Source: Candidatus Heimdallarchaeota archaeon (GTDB lineage: Archaea > Asgardarchaeota > Heimdallarchaeia > Hodarchaeales > Hodarchaeaceae). From it: a DNA stretch of 11,917 nt. Positions 1 to 4,643 of this stretch are shown here, piece after piece (the stretch's first letter is position 1; each line of letters begins with the position of its first letter). A model generated the notes under the pieces. The model saw only the letters and a list, made by a program, of their open reading frames with translations, had not been told where the DNA came from and did no database searches. The translations under genes and the position numbers were made by a program. Location: NCBI GenBank assembly GCA_048881705.1, contig JBHLSH010000022.1, positions 1 through 11,917 of the forward strand, given 5' to 3'.

Positions 1-375
1 ATCGGAAAGAATAGTTACATTGGGACAAATAGCCTAATTCGGGAATTTAGCTGCATAGAACAGGATTGCGTGATTGGGTTCTCCACTGAGATAAAGAATT
101 CCGTTATCCAGCCGGGCACAAAAATCGGAAGACTATCCTTTGTGGGGGACAGCGTGGTAGGAGAACAAACGAAGCTGGAAACTGGAGTTACTACCATGAA
201 TTTCCTAGAAGATATAGGCCAGACAAAGAAAGTCATTAAAGGGAGAACTTACACTAAATTAGGCGCGATAATTGGGCCAAAAAGTAGAATAGGATCTAAT
301 ACTGTACTCCTACCCACGGTCAATATAGATTCAAATCAAATCATTTCTCCCGGAAGTGTTATTTCCTCAGACTAG
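1..375 (+). CDS. 3' fragment of an archaeal GlmU-like sugar-1-phosphate nucleotidylyltransferase/acetyltransferase (left-handed beta-helix domain); 5' end is outside the window
   Basis: Frame +1 is open from base 1 (IGKNSYIGTNSLIREFSCIEQDCVIGFSTEIKNSVIQPGTKIGRLSFVGDSVVG...KLGAIIGPKSRIGSNTVLLP) to TAG at 373-375. It shows hexapeptide I/V-G periodicity and the EIKNS, GDS and KLGAIIG motifs typical of archaeal GlmU C-termini. The track start at 70 is internal. Confidence 0.85.
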   Translation: MGKNSYIGTNSLIREFSCIEQDCVIGFSTEIKNSVIQPGTKIGRLSFVGDSVVGEQTKLETGVTTMNFLEDIGQTKKVIKGRTYTKLGAIIGPKSRIGSNTVLLPTVNIDSNQIISPGSVISSD

Positions 376-385
376 TTCAAATGCG

Positions 386-453
386 AAAAAACACTAAAAA
401 CCGCGTGATTCAAAAAATAGAAGAGATGACCTTGGCGCTTCTGTCACCAAGGT
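386..453 (-). terminator. Probable terminator of the 467..1165 gene, lying between convergent genes
   Basis: On the minus strand, a 9-bp stem ACCTTGGTG/CGCCAAGGT (one G-U pair; + coordinates 445-453 and 429-437, 7-nt loop) starts 14 nt after the stop. It is followed by T6, T5 and T6 tracts (412-417, 396-400, 386-391). Confidence 0.55.
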
Positions 454-466
454 TTATTAAAAGAGA

Positions 467-1165
467 TTACAGTTCAAGTCGCTTATCAGGGATATAGGAT
501 ATGATTTTTCTTATCTCTTTTTCTTTGGAATTAACCCGAAAAACATTTGAAACACGATAGATATGAGGATCTGTTTCAGGTTTGATAAATAGATCCCCGC
601 TAAGGAACAACATCTTTTCAAATATATCTGGGGTAGTTTTCTCAAACATAGCGTGCTGGGCGTTCCCAAATCGCTTTTCATCCCCTAAGATACCCCTGTG
701 ATGGTAGATCTCGGTAGGTGAAATTATCCAGTAATCGATCCGGCTGACTATGAAGATTACTAGGAGATGGAGAAATATCAATAGCGAAAAGAAAAGATAA
801 AATTCCGCTGATGCAGTAATGGCAGGTACCGTTAGGGCTGGAGGAAGTATCCCTAATGTTTCCTCGAGGAGGATAAAAACGAGTACCACTACAATAATCG
901 CTAATACGATCACCGCGCTTTTCCCCACACCGAAATCAAATGCGATTATCAAGAAATTGAAGGCAAAAACGGCGAAGAAAAATGTACCCAGGGTATTCCG
1001 CGTAGCATCATCCAAAGCACCGCTGAAAAAGAATTCGATGAACCAAACCAGAAACCCGACGATCATACTCGGATAAAAAAACAGCGTTTCCGGATAAGAT
1101 CGAACTATGATATAATCCTTCTTTGTCGCGGGGCTCGATTTAGCTTTTTTACTAGGTTCAGACAT
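467..1165 (-). CDS. Uncharacterised membrane protein, ~4 TM helices plus a C-terminal soluble domain (bacterial PH-like by inference)
   Basis: Long ORF with four hydrophobic segments followed by a beta-rich soluble tail (DYWIISPTEIYHHRGILGDEKRF...DIFEKMLFLSGDLFI). ATG at 1165 (MSEPSKK) with upstream GGAG is preferred over the TTG at 1180, giving 232 aa. Confidence 0.8.
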   Translation of the reverse strand: MSEPSKKAKSSPATKKDYIIVRSYPETLFFYPSMIVGFLVWFIEFFFSGALDDATRNTLGTFFFAVFAFNFLIIAFDFGVGKSAVIVLAIIVVVLVFILLEETLGILPPALTVPAITASAEFYLFFSLLIFLHLLVIFIVSRIDYWIISPTEIYHHRGILGDEKRFGNAQHAMFEKTTPDIFEKMLFLSGDLFIKPETDPHIYRVSNVFRVNSKEKEIRKIISYIPDKRLEL

Positions 1166-1166
1166 T

Positions 1167-1181
1167 TTTGGAGACTCCAAA
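1167..1181. promoter_or_regulatory. 15-bp palindrome TTTGGAG-A-CTCCAAA covering the RBS of the membrane-protein gene; candidate operator or RBS-occluding element
   Basis: Perfect 7-bp arms around one central base, ending 2 nt upstream of the ATG at 1165 and containing its GGAG. Confidence 0.35.
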
Positions 1182-1276
1182 CTTAATTTGTGAACTAGGG
1201 TTACAATTACTTGATCCTATCTTTTTAACCCTTCGCATTCCCAAAATAAAGATCAATGCGAAATCATGGGTGCAAA

Positions 1277-1492
1277 ATGCTAAAAAGGTTCGATATTGTA
1301 TTAGTTGGCTTTTTGGATCTGACGGTATCCTGGAAGGCAAGCAAGCGATGGAAAAAACATTTTACCCCCATGGTCTCGAAATACCGCCTTTTAGAACCAG
1401 CTTTACAAATGCTCGCCAAAGCTAGTTTGATTTTTGCATTCTTTGATCTGGCAATATATTCTATTGCTCAGACCCCGATTCCATTATATTAG
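1277..1492 (+). CDS. Possible small protein (71 aa, MLKRFDIVLVGFLDL...AFFDLAIYSIAQTPIPLY) with a hydrophobic C-terminal segment
   Basis: Internal ATG of track ORF 1256..1492. GGGTG lies 4 nt upstream, TTTTTAA is at ~1222-1228, and an 11-T tract lies 33 nt after the stop. No recognisable family. Confidence 0.3.
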   Translation: MLKRFDIVLVGFLDLTVSWKASKRWKKHFTPMVSKYRLLEPALQMLAKASLIFAFFDLAIYSIAQTPIPLY

Positions 1493-1495
1493 TGA
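1484..1495 (+). repeat. Direct repeat TTATATTAGTGA, copy 1
   Basis: Exact 12-nt match to 1830-1841. Confidence 0.7.
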
Positions 1496-1524
1496 GATTG
1501 GTGGTGATCTAGTATATTATCTAG

Positions 1525-1535
1525 TTTTTTTTTTT
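1525..1535 (+). terminator. Oligo-T (T11) archaeal-type terminator candidate
   Basis: Run of 11 T on the + strand, the same length as the T11 tract that follows the surface-protein gene on the - strand. Confidence 0.45.
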
Positions 1536-1829
1536 CCTAAAGGTCATTTTCGCTCTTGTGTATCGTGGCCAAATTTGAACTGGTCACAAACGACTCTTTA
1601 TTCTAGGACTGTCCGGTGATAATGTTATCCATTAACCTCAATTTTAGGAGGAACAGCAAAACAAGTTTATTTTCGTAAAGGTAATGAGAAGGAAATTTAT
1701 TCTCCTTTAAATGATGTCTCTTTAAGGATTTTTGTCACCTTCAATCTTCGTGTATTTTTATGATAACCAGATTAGGTTTTTAGGAGCAGGCCCCAGTAGC
1801 ATAGGGTCTTAAAATAGGACTCACCAACC

Positions 1830-1841
1830 TTATATTAGTGA
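1830..1841 (+). repeat. Direct repeat TTATATTAGTGA, copy 2; contains a TATA-like TTATAT ~125 nt upstream of cdc6
   Basis: Exact 12-nt match to 1484-1495. It is the most TATA-like hexamer I found upstream of the cdc6 ATG. Confidence 0.6.
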
Positions 1842-1960
1842 AATTCGACCGTAGTTGTTCTAGCTAGAAGTGCGTCGAAAAGTTGAACTCGTTGAAAAAG
1901 GGGCATTGAAATCGTTCAATCTGATCTTAGGTGTGCATCACGCTAGCGAGGTAGCCAGAG

Positions 1961-3172
1961 ATGGAAAATACTAAACATGGGCTTTATCAATTCTTAAGCA
2001 AGAAGGAACAGATTCTGAAGGATGAACAGGTTTTTGAGACGAATTATATACCAGATAAGCTGATTCACAGAGAAGATGAACTACAAGGTTTGGCTACTCA
2101 CTTTTCATCCATTCTTTACAAGAAAAATTACAACAATTCAAAACATGCGATTATTGAAGGTCCAGTGGGTGTTGGGAAGACTGTGGCGGCCCAAAATATA
2201 GGTTTGGTTATTGAAACTTTTTCAAGAGAGGAGAAAACTCAAAACGTAACCAATATTCGATTTCTCCATCTAAATTGCCGGAGGCTGAAGTCCTGGTACC
2301 TTCTCCTGACCTCACTTCTTAGACATCTTGTTCCAGCTTTTCCCATTCGAGGATTTAGTACTTCAGAACTAGTATCCTATCTGAGCATGATTTTGCAAGA
2401 GAAGAAGATGGGAATGCTACTTTGTCTGGATGAGATAGATTACGTTTTAGAGAAACCCAATGGGCTCGATGTCTTATATTCTCTAATTCGTGGTCACGAA
2501 AACAGCTTTAATCCCCAAATTTCATTGGTTATTATTACGCGCAATCCTAATTTCTTGTCAATCCTAGATCCTGCCCTTCAATCCTCCTTGTCCCATTCTA
2601 TGATTCAATTCAGACCGTACACAATCAATCAGATGTATGACATACTAACAGCACGCGCACAAATCGGCTTTAATCCAGGGACTATCAGTAAGGATGTCTT
2701 ATATCAAGTAGCATCAATGGCAGTGACAGGAGACACAAGATACGCTATCGAACTCCTCTGGAGGTCGGCTAAAATTGCAGAACAAGAACATTCAAGACAT
2801 ATCAGTCCGGATCATGTGATGAAGGCTGAGAATAAAGTATATTCATCTGATCCGAGCAATTATAGGGATCTTTCGGGTCAGTTAAAACTGGTTTTATCCG
2901 CTTTGAACAGTATGCTGGTCGGTAACAAACCTGGGTACGTTACGACACGGGACCTATGGAAAAAATATGAAGAGCTGTGCATTGAGAAGAGAATCAAACC
3001 CCGTAAACTGACCCAGTTCTGGCATTATCTTAAAGATCTCCGTAATCAAGGAATAATAACCTTTGAAGTTAAAAGCAGACATCGCGATGGAAAATCCGTG
3101 GGGAGGACAGCCTGGATCGGTCTTGGAACAAATGCTTGTAAGGATTTACGGCGTCTCTTGATTATGTATTAG
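1961..3172 (+). CDS. cdc6: Orc1/Cdc6 family AAA+ replication-initiator protein (Orc1-2-like winged helix)
   Basis: N-terminal FETNYIPDKLIHREDEL, Walker A GPVGVGKT, HLNC, Walker B LCLDEIDY, IQFRPY, sensor II GDTRYAIELL, and C-terminal winged helix YEELC...PRKLTQFWHYLKDLRNQGII...GRT. GAGGT RBS lies 8 nt upstream of the ATG. Confidence 0.96.
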   Translation: MENTKHGLYQFLSKKEQILKDEQVFETNYIPDKLIHREDELQGLATHFSSILYKKNYNNSKHAIIEGPVGVGKTVAAQNIGLVIETFSREEKTQNVTNIRFLHLNCRRLKSWYLLLTSLLRHLVPAFPIRGFSTSELVSYLSMILQEKKMGMLLCLDEIDYVLEKPNGLDVLYSLIRGHENSFNPQISLVIITRNPNFLSILDPALQSSLSHSMIQFRPYTINQMYDILTARAQIGFNPGTISKDVLYQVASMAVTGDTRYAIELLWRSAKIAEQEHSRHISPDHVMKAENKVYSSDPSNYRDLSGQLKLVLSALNSMLVGNKPGYVTTRDLWKKYEELCIEKRIKPRKLTQFWHYLKDLRNQGIITFEVKSRHRDGKSVGRTAWIGLGTNACKDLRRLLIMY

Positions 3173-4451
3173 TGCGCTGTTCAAAGGACTCTGGCTGCAA
3201 CTGAGACGATTTTGATTGATCTCTTAGTTCCCGAACAAAAAATAAGATTCGATTAGATAAAATGAACACATACAAAATCATAGGGAGAAACTGGGCGGCG
3301 ATACCCGTTATTACGAAGAGCGATAATAGACTTGTGACAATCATTCGTTTATAGACATCATCAATGAGGAAGGCAACGAGCAATATGCAGAATAATCCTA
3401 CCAATGTAAAAATCCAGACAACATCGAGCAGACCAAAAAATAAAACAAACTCAGCCACCGCAGAGCCACCAAAAGATCCATCCAGTACCCGCTCTGGCGT
3501 ATTATAAAACAGGACGGTCGAATTTAAAACTTCAATTGGCCCGAACAAAATAAAAAACGAGCTTGTCAGCAGAATCATTTCGCTAAAGAGCTTTAATCCA
3601 TTCGCTAAATCAAATTCTTTAACAGATTTTACTAGAAGAGCCACAATAAATATCCCCGTAAAATATTTTGTCAGCATACTTAACGTCCAGAACAATACCG
3701 CATACTTAGGTTCGTTCCGCTGCTGGAAATAACAGCCTGCCAAAAAAAGCATTTGGGTTAGACAAACATTGTTCCAAATAACGGGAATAAAAAGAACAAG
3801 GGTTAATAATAGCGCTTCTCTTCCTGTTATTTCCAGTGTTTTCCGGATAATTATGTAAGATATCACTAGAAAGATCATATTTGCCAGTACGATCCCCTGA
3901 ACGTTAAAGCCAGGGATAAAATCGGGAGCAGCGCCCCCAAGAATGAAACTCGCTATTGTGTGGAAACTGCCCAGAAGGGCCGTATATAGAACAAGATCTA
4001 CTGGAAGATATGCATATGTTCCTAAACGAAATACTCCCGGATTATTTGGTTCAGCATGACGTACAGCAGGAACCACGTAAGGATTCTGTCCTCCCCAAAG
4101 AAGCTGTGTGGCATCAATAATGCTTAAAGTTATATCCCCCCCGAAAAAGCCTTGATTGAAAAGTATAAGAAAAACAACTGCAATCCCAAGAATATAATAC
4201 AAAATTCCTTTGGAAAAGCGAAACCTCTTATCAGAGAGGGCAAATAGAAGACCCACCACTATTACAAGGTTGTAAGCGAAAACTGCCGTGTATTCGGATA
4301 TAGGATAGTGGGTTCCAATCTGAAAAAAATCGCCATACATAAACGCAACGATTGCGAAAACCAAGACAGGCAGTGTTATTAACAGCCCTGTTATAATCTC
4401 CTTTTTGTACGGTTCTACCCGATTTTGAATTTTCCCTAATGATTGAGTCAT
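3162..4451 (-). CDS. Polytopic GT-C-fold glycosyltransferase (GT87/DUF2029, mannosyltransferase-like)
   Basis: About 10-12 hydrophobic segments. The first large loop carries GGDI...ATQLLWGGQNPY...YAYLPVD, and a later TM ends in SMLTKYF, a pattern typical of lipid-phosphate-sugar-dependent GT-C enzymes. ATG 4451 is preferred over TTG 4460. The 3' end overlaps cdc6 by 11 bp. Confidence 0.75.
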   Translation of the reverse strand: MTQSLGKIQNRVEPYKKEIITGLLITLPVLVFAIVAFMYGDFFQIGTHYPISEYTAVFAYNLVIVVGLLFALSDKRFRFSKGILYYILGIAVVFLILFNQGFFGGDITLSIIDATQLLWGGQNPYVVPAVRHAEPNNPGVFRLGTYAYLPVDLVLYTALLGSFHTIASFILGGAAPDFIPGFNVQGIVLANMIFLVISYIIIRKTLEITGREALLLTLVLFIPVIWNNVCLTQMLFLAGCYFQQRNEPKYAVLFWTLSMLTKYFTGIFIVALLVKSVKEFDLANGLKLFSEMILLTSSFFILFGPIEVLNSTVLFYNTPERVLDGSFGGSAVAEFVLFFGLLDVVWIFTLVGLFCILLVAFLIDDVYKRMIVTSLLSLFVITGIAAQFLPMILYVFILSNRILFFVRELRDQSKSSQLQPESFEQRTNT

Positions 4452-4610
4452 CGGTCTCAAATGCTGTCAGTTATGGGCTACTACGGCTAATGAATAATGG
4501 CCGTAAAAATCCCAGCGTTTGATTGAAGCTGTAAAAATTCGACTTTTTGCGCATATCAGCGTAGAGTTTCATAAGATGAATCTAGACAGAACCCGAGACC
4601 CCCGAAAAGA

Positions 4611-4628
4611 AAATAATAAAAAAAAAAA
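4611..4628 (-). terminator. Oligo-T terminator of the surface-protein gene
   Basis: The minus strand reads T11-ATTATTT, starting 16 nt after the TAA at 4644-4646, within a long pyrimidine-rich stretch. Confidence 0.7.
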
Positions 4629-4643
4629 GGAGAGAAGAGACCT

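Noticed and set aside
15-1076. ORFs 15..236(-) and 819..1076(+)
   Set aside because: Antisense shadows of the LbH and membrane-protein genes.
1327-1372. ORB-like TCCTGGAA and TGGAAAAAAC...CCCCC
   Set aside because: Single partial matches, with the C/G string in the wrong orientation relative to the canonical ORB; not repeated.
1158-1619. Short ORFs 1158..1340(-), 1168..1425(+), 1434..1619(+)
   Set aside because: They overlap each other or real genes, lack an RBS and have no protein-like motifs. Only 1277..1492 was kept, at low confidence.
1786-1860. tRNA-like start (GGCCCCAGTAGCATAGG...TTCGA)
   Set aside because: No paired T-arm around TTCGA, no complementary acceptor 3' strand and no convincing anticodon arm.
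4482-4580. Small inverted repeats (TACGGC/GCCGTA; TTCAT/ATGAA) and the GTAAAAAT direct repeat upstream of the GT-C gene
   Set aside because: Arms of only 5-8 bp in AT-rich DNA are within chance expectation, with no other support.
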